Assembly (NCBI GenBank): GCA_051546255.1
Contig: CP128816.1
Coordinates: 1,612,001 to 1,676,000 of the forward strand
Source: Meyerozyma guilliermondii
Taxonomy: Eukaryota
DNA: 64,000 nt
Direction of reading: 5' to 3'
In this document: one piece after another, positions 1 to 12,001 of the stretch
Layout: the number at the start of each line of letters is the position of its first letter
How positions within the stretch are numbered: the first letter of the stretch is position 1
Position numbers and translations under genes: made by a program
The notes under the pieces: model-generated
Databases searched by the model: none
What the model was told of the DNA's origin: nothing
What the model saw: the letters and a program-made list of their open reading frames with translations, nothing else

Positions 1-2933
1 TGACTCCTCAAATGGTCAAGTTGTGCCAAGAGAGTCCCGTTATGGCAGACTTGAACGGTGGCTTGCAATTCCTTGACAACTTGAAGGAATTGACCACCAA
101 GTTGAGAACTGATGTTATGGAGTCGGCTGATGTACGCAGAGCTGTCTCTATCGAATCTTCGATTGAGCAAAAGGTTGTCAATGGTGACGATGTCGATGCC
201 AATTATACCGCAGTTGAGGTGCAACCAAGAGCCAACATGAAGTTTGAGTTCCCTGGATTGAAATCTTACGAAGAAATCAAGGAAGTTTCGCCAAATCTTG
301 AGGGAATGTTAGACTTGGAAAGTACCATTGTTGTCACTGGTTTTGCTGAAGTGGGACCATGGGGTAATGCCAGAACAAGATGGGAAATGGAAGCTAATGG
401 TGAATTCTCTTTGGAAGGTGCCATTGAAATGGCTTGGATCATGGGCTTGATCAAGTACCACAATGGTAACTTGAAGGGTAAACCTTACTCTGGATGGGTT
501 GACGCCAAGACTCAACAACCTGTTGAAGACAAGGATATTAAGGCCAAGTACGAGGAGCAAATTTTGGAGCACTCTGGTATCCGTCTTGTCGAACCAGAAT
601 TGTTTGGTGGATACGATCCAAAGAAGAAGAAGTTCATTCAAGAAGTGGTGATTCAGCACGATTTGGAAGAATTTGAAGCTTCCAAAGAAACTGCTGAACA
701 ATACAAGCTCCAGCATGGTGATAAGTGTGAGATCTTTGAAATTGATGGCTCTGGTGAGTACACCGTCAAGATCTTGAAGGGTGCTACTTTGTACATTCCT
801 AAGGCTTTGAGATTTGACAGACTTGTTGCTGGTCAAATTCCTACTGGATGGGATGCTCGCCACTACGGTATCCCCGAAGATACCATCAACCAAGTTGATC
901 CAATTACTTTGTACGTATTGGTCTCTACAGTTGAAGCTTTGTTATCGGCTGGTATCACCGACCCTTACGAGTTCTACAAGTATGTCCATGTTTCAGAAGT
1001 TGGTAACTGTTCTGGTTCTGGTATGGGTGGTCAATCTGCCATGAGAGGAATGTTCAAAGACAGATATGCCGATAAAGAAATTCAAAACGATATCTTGCAG
1101 GAATCTTTCATCAACACCATGGCTGCTTGGGTTAATATGTTGTTGTTGTCTTCTTCAGGTCCTATCAAGACTCCCGTCGGTGCATGTGCCACTGCTGTGG
1201 AGTCTGTTGATGTAGGAATGGAGACCATCTTGAGCGGTAAAGCTAAGGTTTGTATTGTTGGTGGATACGATGACTTCCAAGAGGAAGGTTCTTATGAGTT
1301 CGCCAACATGAATGCCACATCTAACGCTGTGACTGAGTTTGAACACGGAAGAACTCCAAAGGAAATGTCAAGACCTACGACTACCACAAGATCAGGTTTC
1401 ATGGAATCGCAAGGTTCTGGTATCCAGATTATTATGACAGCTGATTTGGCTCTCAAGATGGGTGTTCCAATCCATGCCGTTATTGCCATGACTGCAACTG
1501 CTACTGATAAAATTGGACGTTCTGTTCCTGCTCCAGGTAAGGGTATTTTGACCACTGCTCGTGAGCACCATGGTAACTTGAAATACCCATCTGCTATGTT
1601 GAACATCAAGTACAGATCCAGACAGTTGAAGAAGAGATTGCAAGAGATCAAGAAGTGGGAAGAAGGAGAAATCGACTTTTTGTCTGAGGAGGCTGAATTG
1701 GCCAAGGAGGAATACGGTGATCAATTCTCTCTTGAAGAGTTCATGAGAGAACGTACTGAGGAAATCCACCGTGAAGCCAAGCGTCAAACTTCCAACGCTA
1801 AGCAACAATGGGGTAACAACTTCTACAAGTCGGACCCTAGAATTGCTCCATTGAGAGGTGCCTTGGCAGCATTTGACTTGACTATTGACGATATTGGTGT
1901 TTGCTCTTTCCATGGTACTTCTACCGTGGCCAATGACAAGAACGAGTCTGCCACCATCAATGAAATGATGAGACACTTGGGAAGAAGCGAGGGTAACCCA
2001 GTGTTTGGTGTCTTCCAGAAGTACTTGACTGGTCACCCTAAGGGAGCAGCAGGAGCTTGGATGTTGAATGGTGCCATTCAAATTTTGAACTCTGGTCTTG
2101 TGCCAGGTAACCGTAACGCTGATAACGTTGATAAGGTCCTTGAGCAATTCGAGTATGTGTTGTATCCATCTAGATCCATTCAGACTGATGGAATCAAGGC
2201 CGTTTCGGTTACCTCCTTCGGTTTCGGTCAAAAGGGTGCTCAAGCTGTTGTTGTCAACTCAGACTACTTGTATGCCTCGTTGGACAAACGTACTTACGAA
2301 GCTTATGCAACTAAGGTGACTGCTCGTAACAAGAGAACCTACAGATACATGCACAATGCCATCACCAGAAACACCATGTTTGTTGCAAAGGACAAGCCTC
2401 CATACAGTGACGAATTGGAACAGCCAGTCTACTTGGACCCATTGGCTCGTCTCGATAGCTCAAAGAAGGAGTTGGTTTTCACCCAGAAATCGGTTCAAAG
2501 TGACAAGACATATGTGAGTGCTGTTGCAAACTCAACCGCCAACGCTTTGTCGAGCTTGAACAAGTCTTCAAAGGGCGTCGGTGTGGATGTGGAGTTGATT
2601 TCAGCTCTCAACTTGGAAAACTCTACTTTTGTTGAGAGAAACTTCACTGCTGGTGAAGTTGAATATTGCTCCAAAGCCGCCTGCCCACAAGCTTCGTACA
2701 CTGGAACTTGGTCTGCCAAAGAGGCTACTTTTAAGGCCCTTGGTGTCTCATCGCAAGGTGGAGGTGCTGCCTTGAAGGATATCGAGATCACTCGTGATGC
2801 TAAAGGTGCTCCTCAGGTGGTTCTTCATGGATCAGCGCTTGAAGCTGCCAAGAAGGCTGGCGTGAAGGGTGTTAGTGTTTCCATCTCTCACGATGATTTC
2901 CAAGCTACTGCAGTGGCACTTAGCGAGTTCTAG
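1..2933 (+). CDS. FAS2: Fatty acid synthase alpha subunit, 5'-truncated by the window edge (end of KR, KS and PPT domains)
   Basis: Frame is open from the window start. KS motifs [14 protein letters not shown] and GHPKGAAG; C-terminal phosphopantetheinyl transferase motifs GVGVDVE and WSAKEA. Confidence 0.98.
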   Translation, partial: TPQMVKLCQESPVMADLNGGLQFLDNLKELTTKLRTDVMESADVRRAVSIESSIEQKVVNGDDVDANYTAVEVQPRANMKFEFPGLKSYEEIKEVSPNLEGMLDLESTIVVTGFAEVGPWGNARTRWEMEANGEFSLEGAIEMAWIMGLIKYHNGNLKGKPYSGWVDAKTQQPVEDKDIKAKYEEQILEHSGIRLVEPELFGGYDPKKKKFIQEVVIQHDLEEFEASKETAEQYKLQHGDKCEIFEIDGSGEYTVKILKGATLYIPKALRFDRLVAGQIPTGWDARHYGIPEDTINQVDPITLYVLVSTVEALLSAGITDPYEFYKYVHVSEVGNCSGSGMGGQSAMRGMFKDRYADKEIQNDILQESFINTMAAWVNMLLLSSSGPIKTPVGACATAVESVDVGMETILSGKAKVCIVGGYDDFQEEGSYEFANMNATSNAVTEFEHGRTPKEMSRPTTTTRSGFMESQGSGIQIIMTADLALKMGVPIHAVIAMTATATDKIGRSVPAPGKGILTTAREHHGNLKYPSAMLNIKYRSRQLKKRLQEIKKWEEGEIDFLSEEAELAKEEYGDQFSLEEFMRERTEEIHREAKRQTSNAKQQWGNNFYKSDPRIAPLRGALAAFDLTIDDIGVCSFHGTSTVANDKNESATINEMMRHLGRSEGNPVFGVFQKYLTGHPKGAAGAWMLNGAIQILNSGLVPGNRNADNVDKVLEQFEYVLYPSRSIQTDGIKAVSVTSFGFGQKGAQAVVVNSDYLYASLDKRTYEAYATKVTARNKRTYRYMHNAITRNTMFVAKDKPPYSDELEQPVYLDPLARLDSSKKELVFTQKSVQSDKTYVSAVANSTANALSSLNKSSKGVGVDVELISALNLENSTFVERNFTAGEVEYCSKAACPQASYTGTWSAKEATFKALGVSSQGGGAALKDIEITRDAKGAPQVVLHGSALEAAKKAGVKGVSVSISHDDFQATAVALSEF

Positions 2934-3177
2934 TTGTGGTCGTTAGATTACATGATTATTAGCTATTAATTTACAGTTTGTGTTCATTACCTCATTCATT
3001 AGCATTCAATTACTTTCCCCTTTTTATAATCAAGCTCGATTCCTCTCAAACTGTGTTGAAGATTTTAGAGCTATAGCCAAAAATTAGCAAAAATAAATCT
3101 CATATTTATCTCATATTTCATAGCAAGCTTCCTGAACATATTCGCTTCAATAAAATCTAACCGCGTGATATGATATA

Positions 3178-4167
3178 TTACCCCACGTTTGGTTGATCTT
3201 GCGCCTTCATCGTATCATTTTTGTCAGAAACAAAGTCGGGCCGATAGCAGAGTGGCGAGTTCACAAATTGTCTCAATGCCTCGTCGATTCGTTGTCTGGT
3301 AAGTTCAGAATACAAATCTTTAATATGCCCGCGACCTTTCCCAAGATACTTCTTGTCGGACCATGACTCGAACAATCTCGCTAAAGTTGTTATTGTATAA
3401 CGATGAAAAGTACGATAATTTTCCAACACGATCACGGTCTTGTTTTCATCGTCAAACATCTCGCCCTTGTCTTCAAGATATTGATAAAGAATCCTGCGAG
3501 TTGATAAGTAATATCGGTCACGAACTGACTTCTGCCAAATGTAGTTCTTTATGATTTTGTATTCATCCATGAGGTCCGGGATGCAACGTGCGTTAAGAAC
3601 TATCGGAGCTTTCTTCGGAATTCTATTGACCCTCTTGCGTTTGGGCCCATTGCTCAGCTTCGTTATACTTGTTTCTTGAGATACTTCACTAATAGCATGC
3701 TTTGCTGAAGAAGGTTCAAATTGATTGCTTTCTTCTTCCGAGCTCAAGTGGTACAGCAGTGTTTCCAGCAGGAACAGTTGTGGTGGAGAAATTGATTCCC
3801 TTCTCCTTTGATTTTCCGGATTTGGGGCATTATGATGATTCAGCAAAAGCTGGAGTATGCTTTGCATTCCCATCTTTAGTTCGAAGTAGTCAGCTATCAT
3901 TTCATCAAATTTCGATTCCAATCTCGATATCAATCCCAGTTCCAGTCTCGCCTCCAACTTCGATTCCATCCTGCTCAAGGCCAACTTCATACTACTCACA
4001 TCGTTTCGGATATTGTTCTCTTTGACGTTTACCCGACTGAGGAGTAGCGCTTGTCTTTGCCTTTGCTCAGCTATAAGTGCTAGGAATGTGTTCGACATTT
4101 TCGTCAACACTTCATCGCCTTCGAACGCGACGGGATCTACTGAGGGCCTATCCGAGTGGTCTGTCAT
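3178..4167 (-). CDS. Uncharacterised protein with an N-terminal coiled coil and a probable C-terminal GCR1_C-type DNA-binding domain
   Basis: 329-codon ORF from ATG 4167. Heptad-like N-terminus and basic KRKRVNR stretch. The segment IPDLMDEY..W.KS..DR.Y.S.RR.L..YLE...LENYR...TITTL resembles GCR1_C. Confidence 0.55.
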   Translation of the reverse strand: MTDHSDRPSVDPVAFEGDEVLTKMSNTFLALIAEQRQRQALLLSRVNVKENNIRNDVSSMKLALSRMESKLEARLELGLISRLESKFDEMIADYFELKMGMQSILQLLLNHHNAPNPENQRRRESISPPQLFLLETLLYHLSSEEESNQFEPSSAKHAISEVSQETSITKLSNGPKRKRVNRIPKKAPIVLNARCIPDLMDEYKIIKNYIWQKSVRDRYYLSTRRILYQYLEDKGEMFDDENKTVIVLENYRTFHRYTITTLARLFESWSDKKYLGKGRGHIKDLYSELTRQRIDEALRQFVNSPLCYRPDFVSDKNDTMKAQDQPNVG

Positions 4168-4698
4168 CACTCAAATATTGTATTTAATTCTTTTTAAACA
4201 CTAACGAAATATGTGGGAATATTTGCCGCACTGGCTGCAAATATTTGGTAAGGTGTGGAAAAAGGAATCCAAACCAGAAACGTCATTAATCAAGCTGCTA
4301 AGATAACGTCCCTGCCGTATGCGTTCATAAACGGAGATGACTTTGAATTACACGAGGATGTTACAGATGAATCAAAACATATTCAAATTGATCCTGAATG
4401 CCAAAGGGGGTAATTTAGATGCAATTTGAGTTTCTCAATAAATCCCTCAGCATCTCATTTAACAGATATAAATATGCGCTTATATGATTGTGGAGCTTCA
4501 AGAATTAAACTATTAAGCTTTTAGTAGCTAATCCTTACGAACCCCAGCTTTTATTGTACAAACTTTAATAGTATTCGATTATGTCAGAATCACTGGGGTT
4601 TCAATTTAGGCTGCACTGCCTGTGTGTGCGCGCACCAGGGATTATCAACAATCGGCACTCGATCTTAGCAGAAGCAAGAGATCTGTCCTATAGTCGAC

Positions 4699-7600
4699 AT
4701 GTCTAACGAGGACTTAGCGAGCCGAAATCCAGAACCGGAGAATGACGTGGGACCTGAATTGAGCTCACATCGACATAACGGTGAAGGTGATTACTCTGAA
4801 TCTCTGAACCGAGATGGATCTGCCGGTGAACAACCGACACAAGTGGCTCCTAATTCGGACCCTGAAGTATCCAACGGCACTCAGACTGTGACCGATGATG
4901 CAATTGAGGGGAAATCAGAAGCAGGACTCGAGCCTAGCGAAGTCCAAGTTGAGCATGATGAAGTTTCACCGGCGGGTGAAGAAGGCACTCCAACAGTTGA
5001 AGTCAGCTCGCCGCAGATAAACGTCGACGATGTGGATGCGGACGACACGGCCGATGTGACAGCCGAGTCACACAACGAGCCCGCTACGGGTCACGGTACC
5101 AGCCATTCCAGACGACATTCAACCCTCTCACTTAGCTCTACTGCCACGGTGGATAATCTGCACATCTTCAAGAATGCGTTTGATTATATCATGAACAGCA
5201 AGGAAGTCAAGAAAGATGAAGCGTTCAAAGCCACTATGCAGAAAGCTATGGATTCTTTGAACGATCCACATTCGAGAGATCCTCACATAATCTTCGATGC
5301 ACTTCAAGCAGCGTGTAAAACACCTAATAACACTATGAAAGCGAAAGCTTTAGACCTTTTCTCAAAGCTATTTGACTATACCGTGTTTGAAGATGCTAAA
5401 GATAAGGTACAGCTCACTGATGCATCGGTGGATGTCATTTCGTCGTGTTTTGATGGAGAAGGCACCGACCCAGAAGTCGAACTTCAAGTTGTTCGATCTT
5501 TAATGAACAGCGTTCTCCTCATGCCTTGTCATGGTGCTGCTTTGTTAAAAGCGGTTCGTCAGATCTACAACGTGTTCATCTTTTCGTTGACTCCTCGTAA
5601 TCAAGCTGTGGCTCAGGGAATTCTCACACAGGTGATTAGCTCCATATTTCGAAGAATCAGCGACACCACATTAAAATCGAAAAAGATAGGCAGCAGCACC
5701 AATTTCACGTCACCCAAAGACAGCAAAGATGAATTTGATGTTCCAAATGGTGAAGATGAGCACAATGACGGCAGTGAAGCCGGTCAGAAATTGACCCTAG
5801 AGAACTTGGAGCGACTCAATAATAGCGCGCTAGACAGCGAAAGGGTCCAGGAGGCGAACCAAGCCCTGGAAGGAGACGAGGACCTATTTGTAAAGGACGC
5901 TTTCTTGATTTTTCGCTCCATGTGTAAACTCTCCGTCAAGCCTATTGATTCTGAAACGACAATTGACATGAAATCACACTCAGTGAGGTCCAAGCTTCTA
6001 TCATTACACATAGTCCACACTATCCTCAAAGAGCATATTGAGATTTTTCTCAGCAAAGATGTGGTCATTCTTTCCTCGAATTCTAGTGAGCAGACCCGTT
6101 TGATCAACGCCGTTAGGCAGTACTTATGCTTGACATTATCGCGCAATGCTGCCTCTCCATTGGCACCTGTTTTCGAATTATCGTTGGAAATCTTCTGGCT
6201 CATCATATCGAACTTACGTTCCGAGTTCAAGCAAGAAATTCCTGTTTTCTGGGATGAAATTTATCTTCCTGTTGCTGAAATGAGAACCTCGACAGCGCAC
6301 CAAAAGCGCTACCTACTTTCAATAATAGAGCGGTTGTGTAATGACTCCCGCTGTATTATCGAATTTTACTTGAATTACGATTGTGACAGTACAATGCCTA
6401 GTATATGTGAGAAGATTGTCGATCTTTTGACGAAGCTCTCCTTGAGTAGGATCGAGGTAACTCCACAACAAAGAGCAGCTTTCTATGATAATCGAAGAAA
6501 GGGTATCTCTGTTTACGACATTAGCAAGATCGCCAATCTTACCAGCTCCACTATGAGCTCAAAACCTCCAGAACCAGATGTATACAACATGTATCCCCTC
6601 GAGTTTGCATTGAAGATAACTGCGTTAAGTTGTAACGTTGCCCTTTTGAGGTCATTATACTCATGGGCTCAGAAAGGAATTACTTTCAAGGAAGAAGCTA
6701 CTCGGAGCAGTCATGATACTACTGCTCCCACACCACTTCTTGACTCGAGCAAGTCAACTGCCTTCAACTCTCGCAATGCATCCTTCGTTAATGGCTCAGC
6801 GTTGGAGATCAGTGACGTTGACGATCCTGAACAATTCGAGAATCTGAAACAAAGAAAGAAAGCATTTTTGGAAGGTGTGAAGCTTTTCAATCAAAAGGCC
6901 AAGAAAGGTATTGAGCATTTCTTGCAACATCATTTCATTCCTTCAGATTCACCGAAAGATATTGCCAAGTTTTTGTTGGAAACTGAAGGTCTTGACAAGG
7001 CTGTAATTGGAGAATACATGGGAGAAGGAAACGAGCAAAACGTTGCAGTCATGCATGCCTTCGTTGATCAAATGGACTTTGCCGACACCGATTTCGTGCA
7101 AGCTATGAGAACATTCTTACAATCATTCAGACTTCCAGGTGAGTCCCAGAAGATCGACAGATACATGTTAAAATTTGCAGAACGATATGTTCAAGGCAAC
7201 CCTTCCGTCTTTGCCAACGCAGAAACGGCGTATGTCCTTTCTTATTCTGTCATTTTGCTCAACACCGATTTGCATTCGCTTCAAATTAAGAATAGGATGA
7301 CGGTGGAAAGTTTCATCAAGAACAATTCGGGAATTGACAATGATCAGGATTTACCAAGAGAGTTTTTGGAAGATATCTACCGTGAAGTGCAAGAGAATGA
7401 GATTGTGCTTGTGTCGGAGCAATATGCTGCGTTGCTTGCTGGTGATATTCAAGTACAACATTCTGGAGGATTGGGGCTCTTCGGTGGCAGAGATTTGAAC
7501 AAAGAAGCCTACTCACATGCCTCTAAGGAGATGGCTACCAAGACTGAAAAACTAGTCAGGGATTTGGGAAAGAAGCTGAAAGCTGAAGTTTCAAAGGGCG

Positions 7601-10203
7601 TATTTTATGCTGCATCCAATGTCTATCATGTAAAGTCCATTTTTGACACCATATGGATGTCAATTTTGGCAGGATTGACGCAAATATTCAAAGAGTACGA
7701 CGACAGTGAAATCTCACGAGTTTGCCTCGAAGGAATCAGACTTTCAATCAAAATCAGTTGCATGTTTGATCTCGATTATGCTCGGAAATCGTTTCTTGGT
7801 GCTCTAGTTCAATTTGAGAATTTACACAGCTACGAAGAGATGAAAGAAAAGAATGTGGACGCAATTTACATGATGTTGGATTTGGCGGTAAGCGAAGGAA
7901 ACTACATGAAGTCAGCATGGATGCAAGTGTTGACTTCTGTATCTCAACTCGAGAGGTTACAGTTGATTGCACAAGGAATTGATCAGAACTCGATCCCTGA
8001 TGTGTCCACTGCCAAAATGGTCAACAGAACTTCGACTGAGAGTAATCAGTCAGCAGCAACAAGCTTTTTCAGTCTGTTTACCTCACATCCTACTGCATCA
8101 CAGACTGCTTCCAACAAGTTTCATAACCAAAGGCTCACCCCACATATATCTCAACTCCTTACAAAGACAGAACTCGAGGTTGCAGTTGACAAGGTTTTCA
8201 CAAATAGTTCCAATCTAAGTGGAGAAGCTATTGCTGAATTCGTCAAAGCATTATCTGACGTATCTTCTGAGGAAATTGACTCTTCTGGTCAAAGCAGTAA
8301 CCCAAGAATGTTTTCGTTACAAAAGATAGTTGATATCTGTTACTATAACATGGGTCGTATTCGTCTTGAATGGTCGCAACTTTGGGCTATCATTGGAGAG
8401 ATTTTCAACCGGGTTGGTTGTCATAGTAATCCGGCTATTGTTTTCTTCGCTTTGGATTCTTTGAGGCAGTTGTCGATGAGATTCTTTGAGATTGAAGAAT
8501 TGTCGCATTTCAAGTTTCAAAAAGAATTTTTGAAACCCTTTGAACATATCGTTCGTCACAATGAGTCTTTGGAAGTCAAGGATATGGTATTGGAGTGTAT
8601 CAACAATATGATCCTTGCAAGATCAACTAAAATCAAATCTGGATGGAAGACAATTTTTGGTACCTTGAGTGTCACTGCTAAAGAGAACAAAGAAACTTTG
8701 GTTAATAAGAGCTTCAAAATGGCCAATTGGATCAATAAAGAATACATTGATACTGTTCGTCAGCAGGAGTCTTTTGCTGATTTGGTAGTTTGTTTCACCG
8801 AGTTGGCCAAGAATGAAAGGTTTCAACGCATCAGTTTGCTCTCTTTAGATGTTTTGCGAAAGTTGATAAAAGAAATTCCTGGTTACACTAATACGGATGC
8901 TAATGATGTGATTTCAGATAAGAATGACAATCTCGTGAAATTGTGGTTCCCAATTCTTTTTGGCTTTTATGATATAACCATGACTGGTGAGGAGTTGGAA
9001 GTCCGGTCTCGAGCACTAAACGCTTTGTTTGATATCTTGCTCGAATATGGTGAGCATTTTGAGAACAATTTCTGGGACCTTGTCTGTCGTCAACTTTTGT
9101 TCCCAATATTTGGTGTATTGAGCAACCATTGGGAGTTGAACAATATCGACGACAACGATAAATTGTCGGTTTGGCTTTCAACTACATTAATCCAAGCATT
9201 GCGCAATATGGTCACAGTGTTCACCCACTATTTTGACGCATTAAATCGCATGTTGGATGAGTATTTGAACTTATTCATCTCCTGTATCTGTCAAGAAAAT
9301 GATACCATTGCCAGGATTGGAAGATCGTGCTTACATTCGTTGTTAATCGAAAATGCATCGAAGTTTGATCAAGATCAATGGAATTTGGTAACCAAAGCAA
9401 TTCATGATTTATACGACTTGACCACGGCGAAAGAATTATTCACTGCTGATCCAATGCATTCAGTCAAGGAGCACCCTTCAATTGACGATAAGGCATATTC
9501 CTATATGGCAGACGAGGTGGAGACCGATGATACAGAATCATTAAAGCCTGCTCCTGAAAACCATATCAATGACACTGAAGCCAGGCTCCAACGTTCGCGC
9601 GATAAGTCTTCGATTGTGGTCAAGTGTGTGCTTCAATTATTGATGATCGAGACATTGTCAGAGCTTTTCAAAAACGACGATTTCTACGAGGCAGTTCCAT
9701 ATACCAATTTGCTTCAAATGGCTGGGTATTTGAGGTTCAGCTACGACTTTGCTAAAAGGTTTAACGATGACTACGAGTTGCGGGTGCGTATATGGAATGC
9801 CGGAGTTATCGAAAGACTCCCCAATTTACTCAAACAAGAATCGTCGTCAGCGGCAGTTTTCATTAATATCATGTTGCAAATGTACTGCGACGATGACAAA
9901 ACAGACAATGCTGCTAAAGCTATAATAATGAAGCAAATCATTCCGTTATGCAACAACATCATTGACCGTTTCACCGAGTTTGATGAAACCAACCAACAGC
10001 GCAACATCACCACCTGGAAGCCAGTAATTATTGAGATTTATCAAGGCTACATTGAATTGGATGAAGAAGACTTTGTCAAGTATTCTCCCGAGATGTACCA
10101 GCTAACACTACAATTATTTACCAAAAGCATATCGACAGATCTTCGAGGAGCAATTCGAACATTTCTCACAAGAATTGGCGATACATTCGTTAAGACGAGC
10201 TAA
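4699..10203 (+). CDS. SEC7: Large Arf guanine-nucleotide exchange factor Sec7
   Basis: 1834 aa. Sec7 domain FRLPGESQKIDR and ILLNTDLHS; HUS box YLNYDCD; HDS repeats. Confidence 0.98.
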   Translation: MSNEDLASRNPEPENDVGPELSSHRHNGEGDYSESLNRDGSAGEQPTQVAPNSDPEVSNGTQTVTDDAIEGKSEAGLEPSEVQVEHDEVSPAGEEGTPTVEVSSPQINVDDVDADDTADVTAESHNEPATGHGTSHSRRHSTLSLSSTATVDNLHIFKNAFDYIMNSKEVKKDEAFKATMQKAMDSLNDPHSRDPHIIFDALQAACKTPNNTMKAKALDLFSKLFDYTVFEDAKDKVQLTDASVDVISSCFDGEGTDPEVELQVVRSLMNSVLLMPCHGAALLKAVRQIYNVFIFSLTPRNQAVAQGILTQVISSIFRRISDTTLKSKKIGSSTNFTSPKDSKDEFDVPNGEDEHNDGSEAGQKLTLENLERLNNSALDSERVQEANQALEGDEDLFVKDAFLIFRSMCKLSVKPIDSETTIDMKSHSVRSKLLSLHIVHTILKEHIEIFLSKDVVILSSNSSEQTRLINAVRQYLCLTLSRNAASPLAPVFELSLEIFWLIISNLRSEFKQEIPVFWDEIYLPVAEMRTSTAHQKRYLLSIIERLCNDSRCIIEFYLNYDCDSTMPSICEKIVDLLTKLSLSRIEVTPQQRAAFYDNRRKGISVYDISKIANLTSSTMSSKPPEPDVYNMYPLEFALKITALSCNVALLRSLYSWAQKGITFKEEATRSSHDTTAPTPLLDSSKSTAFNSRNASFVNGSALEISDVDDPEQFENLKQRKKAFLEGVKLFNQKAKKGIEHFLQHHFIPSDSPKDIAKFLLETEGLDKAVIGEYMGEGNEQNVAVMHAFVDQMDFADTDFVQAMRTFLQSFRLPGESQKIDRYMLKFAERYVQGNPSVFANAETAYVLSYSVILLNTDLHSLQIKNRMTVESFIKNNSGIDNDQDLPREFLEDIYREVQENEIVLVSEQYAALLAGDIQVQHSGGLGLFGGRDLNKEAYSHASKEMATKTEKLVRDLGKKLKAEVSKGVFYAASNVYHVKSIFDTIWMSILAGLTQIFKEYDDSEISRVCLEGIRLSIKISCMFDLDYARKSFLGALVQFENLHSYEEMKEKNVDAIYMMLDLAVSEGNYMKSAWMQVLTSVSQLERLQLIAQGIDQNSIPDVSTAKMVNRTSTESNQSAATSFFSLFTSHPTASQTASNKFHNQRLTPHISQLLTKTELEVAVDKVFTNSSNLSGEAIAEFVKALSDVSSEEIDSSGQSSNPRMFSLQKIVDICYYNMGRIRLEWSQLWAIIGEIFNRVGCHSNPAIVFFALDSLRQLSMRFFEIEELSHFKFQKEFLKPFEHIVRHNESLEVKDMVLECINNMILARSTKIKSGWKTIFGTLSVTAKENKETLVNKSFKMANWINKEYIDTVRQQESFADLVVCFTELAKNERFQRISLLSLDVLRKLIKEIPGYTNTDANDVISDKNDNLVKLWFPILFGFYDITMTGEELEVRSRALNALFDILLEYGEHFENNFWDLVCRQLLFPIFGVLSNHWELNNIDDNDKLSVWLSTTLIQALRNMVTVFTHYFDALNRMLDEYLNLFISCICQENDTIARIGRSCLHSLLIENASKFDQDQWNLVTKAIHDLYDLTTAKELFTADPMHSVKEHPSIDDKAYSYMADEVETDDTESLKPAPENHINDTEARLQRSRDKSSIVVKCVLQLLMIETLSELFKNDDFYEAVPYTNLLQMAGYLRFSYDFAKRFNDDYELRVRIWNAGVIERLPNLLKQESSSAAVFINIMLQMYCDDDKTDNAAKAIIMKQIIPLCNNIIDRFTEFDETNQQRNITTWKPVIIEIYQGYIELDEEDFVKYSPEMYQLTLQLFTKSISTDLRGAIRTFLTRIGDTFVKTS

Positions 10204-10384
10204 AAATATATGTCTCCATTATCTTACCTGTGGCTGTAGTATACCAGTTACTCACGCGCTCCCACCGAGCATGCCCACAATTACGCAAGCCAAAGTTGGG
10301 GAAGTTACACAAAGGCGCAAGTGTGTCGACATTCAGTCAGCAAAATTTTCAAGACTGAGACAGAGAGTAAATCGATTGAGAGAC

Positions 10385-11451
10385 ATGTCTTTCGAAAATA
10401 AGGTAAGTAGACATTTATATGATGTCTAAAGTGGATTATTCATTTCTCATAGACCTCGATATGTTAATATGGTGTGATAGAGATCGTCATTGCCTCAATT
10501 GAAGATTCGTCATTCATCTTGTGACCTTTAATAAAGCAACAATAAAAGCTGCTAAAAAGCTCCTCATGAGGAATTGGCAGCACAGGATCATTACACCACC
10601 TGAATTGAGCTATGTTACTAACTCAGAACTTGTACCACTTGTTGGGGAACGATGTTGAGGACGACTCAACACCTATTCTTGCAACCAAGGAGGTCGTGAA
10701 AAACACCACTTCATCGAAGAAGGCTGATGTACCACCACCTTCTGCCGACCCAGCCAAGGCTAAGAAGAAGTCCAAGGCTACCGGTAACGAAGCCGCATTG
10801 AAGAACAAGGCTAACAACAAGGAAGTCAGTGCTCCATCTTCCACCCCATCCAAGCACTACAAAAAACCATTTGACCGTCACTCTAGATCCGGAAAGTCCG
10901 ATTCCGGAAAGAAGATCAAGCAAAGCTGGGGCCAAAAGAGTGCTGCAGACTTGGAAGTCGAAGCCGAGGCTGAAGGTGCCGCCGATGCCGTTGCTGGTTT
11001 AGAAGAAGACGCCGAGTCCGCCGAGCCAGTTGACAACACTCCCAAGAAATCTTTGGCAGACTACATTGCCGAGTTGGAATTGAAGCAAAAGGAATTGGAT
11101 GGAGCCAAGAAGGTCAGACAAGCCAACCAAGGTGCCGAATCCAAGTGGACCAGTGCTGAAAAAATTGAGAAGGCCGAACAAGGATACGTTGAACCTTCAG
11201 TTGTCAAGAAGGCCAAGGCTAAGGCTCCTAAGGAGAAGAAGTTTTTGGAAATTGACGCCAAGTTTGCTGACTCCGAGCCTGCTCCAAGAGGTGACTTTGG
11301 TGGCAGAGGTAGAGGAGGAAGAGACGGAAACAGAGGTGGAAACAGGGGCAGAGGTGCTCCTAGAGGCAGAGGTGGAAACAGAGGAGGTGCCCGTGAGGGT
11401 GCTGGCTCTGCTAAGCCAACTGTTGACGACAAGAACTTTCCTTCTTTGTAA
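10385..11451 (+). CDS. STM1: Ribosome-preservation / G4-binding protein Stm1; spliced (exons 10385-10402 and 10627-11451)
   Basis: Spliced N-terminus MSFENK|NLYHLLGND matches the Stm1_N pattern. FDRHSRSG, RGG-rich tail and terminal FPSL. Confidence 0.92.
10403..10626 (+). other. Spliceosomal intron of STM1 (224 nt)
   Basis: GTAAGT donor at 10403, TACTAAC at 10616-10622, CAG acceptor at 10624-10626. Splicing keeps the frame. Confidence 0.93.
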
Positions 11452-11656
11452 AGGACAAAGTTAGATGGCCACCATCGTAATCGTAGCTCTGATACTTACG
11501 CAATAAGACACAACAAATGATCTCTGTAGACGAAGTGAGGAAGATGAAGAATTAAAGAAAGATAAGAGAACAAATGTGAACGAAAATGAGCAAGTAGTGA
11601 ACAAGTACAGTGGACAAAATGCAACAAGAAAGTGAATGTGCCTGGTAGGTTATATG

Positions 11657-12001
11657 CTATCTATGTAAAAGTATACTTATATACAAATGTGACTTGAATA
11701 CGGTCACAAGATCTTGTCCTTCATACTGTACGATCAACGATAAAATTGTGGGGTCGAATATTTTGGCACCTCCAGCCATTGAGATCGTAGCGTCCACCAT
11801 AGACTTGGTCCTGGCCACTTCTACTGCAAGCGGTACACCATCTTCAAAACCTACAGCTCCAACAAGCGTATTAGTCTGTTGGTCAATTAGGCAAAGAATT
11901 TGAATCTTACTATGATCCTGCTCAGGAAGAAACAGTTTAATGGATTCTACAAGTACACTTAAAGTGCTATCAGGAAGCTTTGGTGCTACTTCCTCCGGCA
12001 T
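11657..12001 (-). CDS. Small uncharacterised protein, possibly Roadblock/LAMTOR-like
   Basis: 114-codon ORF from ATG 12001. The helix/strand pattern (IQILCLID..LVGAVG; LIVQY..QDLVTV..LYISILL) fits a Roadblock-type fold. Confidence 0.5.
   Translation of the reverse strand: MPEEVAPKLPDSTLSVLVESIKLFLPEQDHSKIQILCLIDQQTNTLVGAVGFEDGVPLAVEVARTKSMVDATISMAGGAKIFDPTILSLIVQYEGQDLVTVFKSHLYISILLHR

Noticed and set aside
1392..2243. Long antisense ORFs over FAS2 (and similar ones over PMI40, SUP35, HIF1 and STM1)
   Set aside because: Expected shadows of biased codon usage in real genes; no independent protein features.
3097..3118. Tandem duplication ATCTCATATTT x2
   Set aside because: Trivial two-copy repeat in AT-rich terminator sequence.
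10403..10626. Intronic snoRNA in the STM1 intron
   Set aside because: No convincing C/D box pair with terminal stem or H/ACA architecture by eye.
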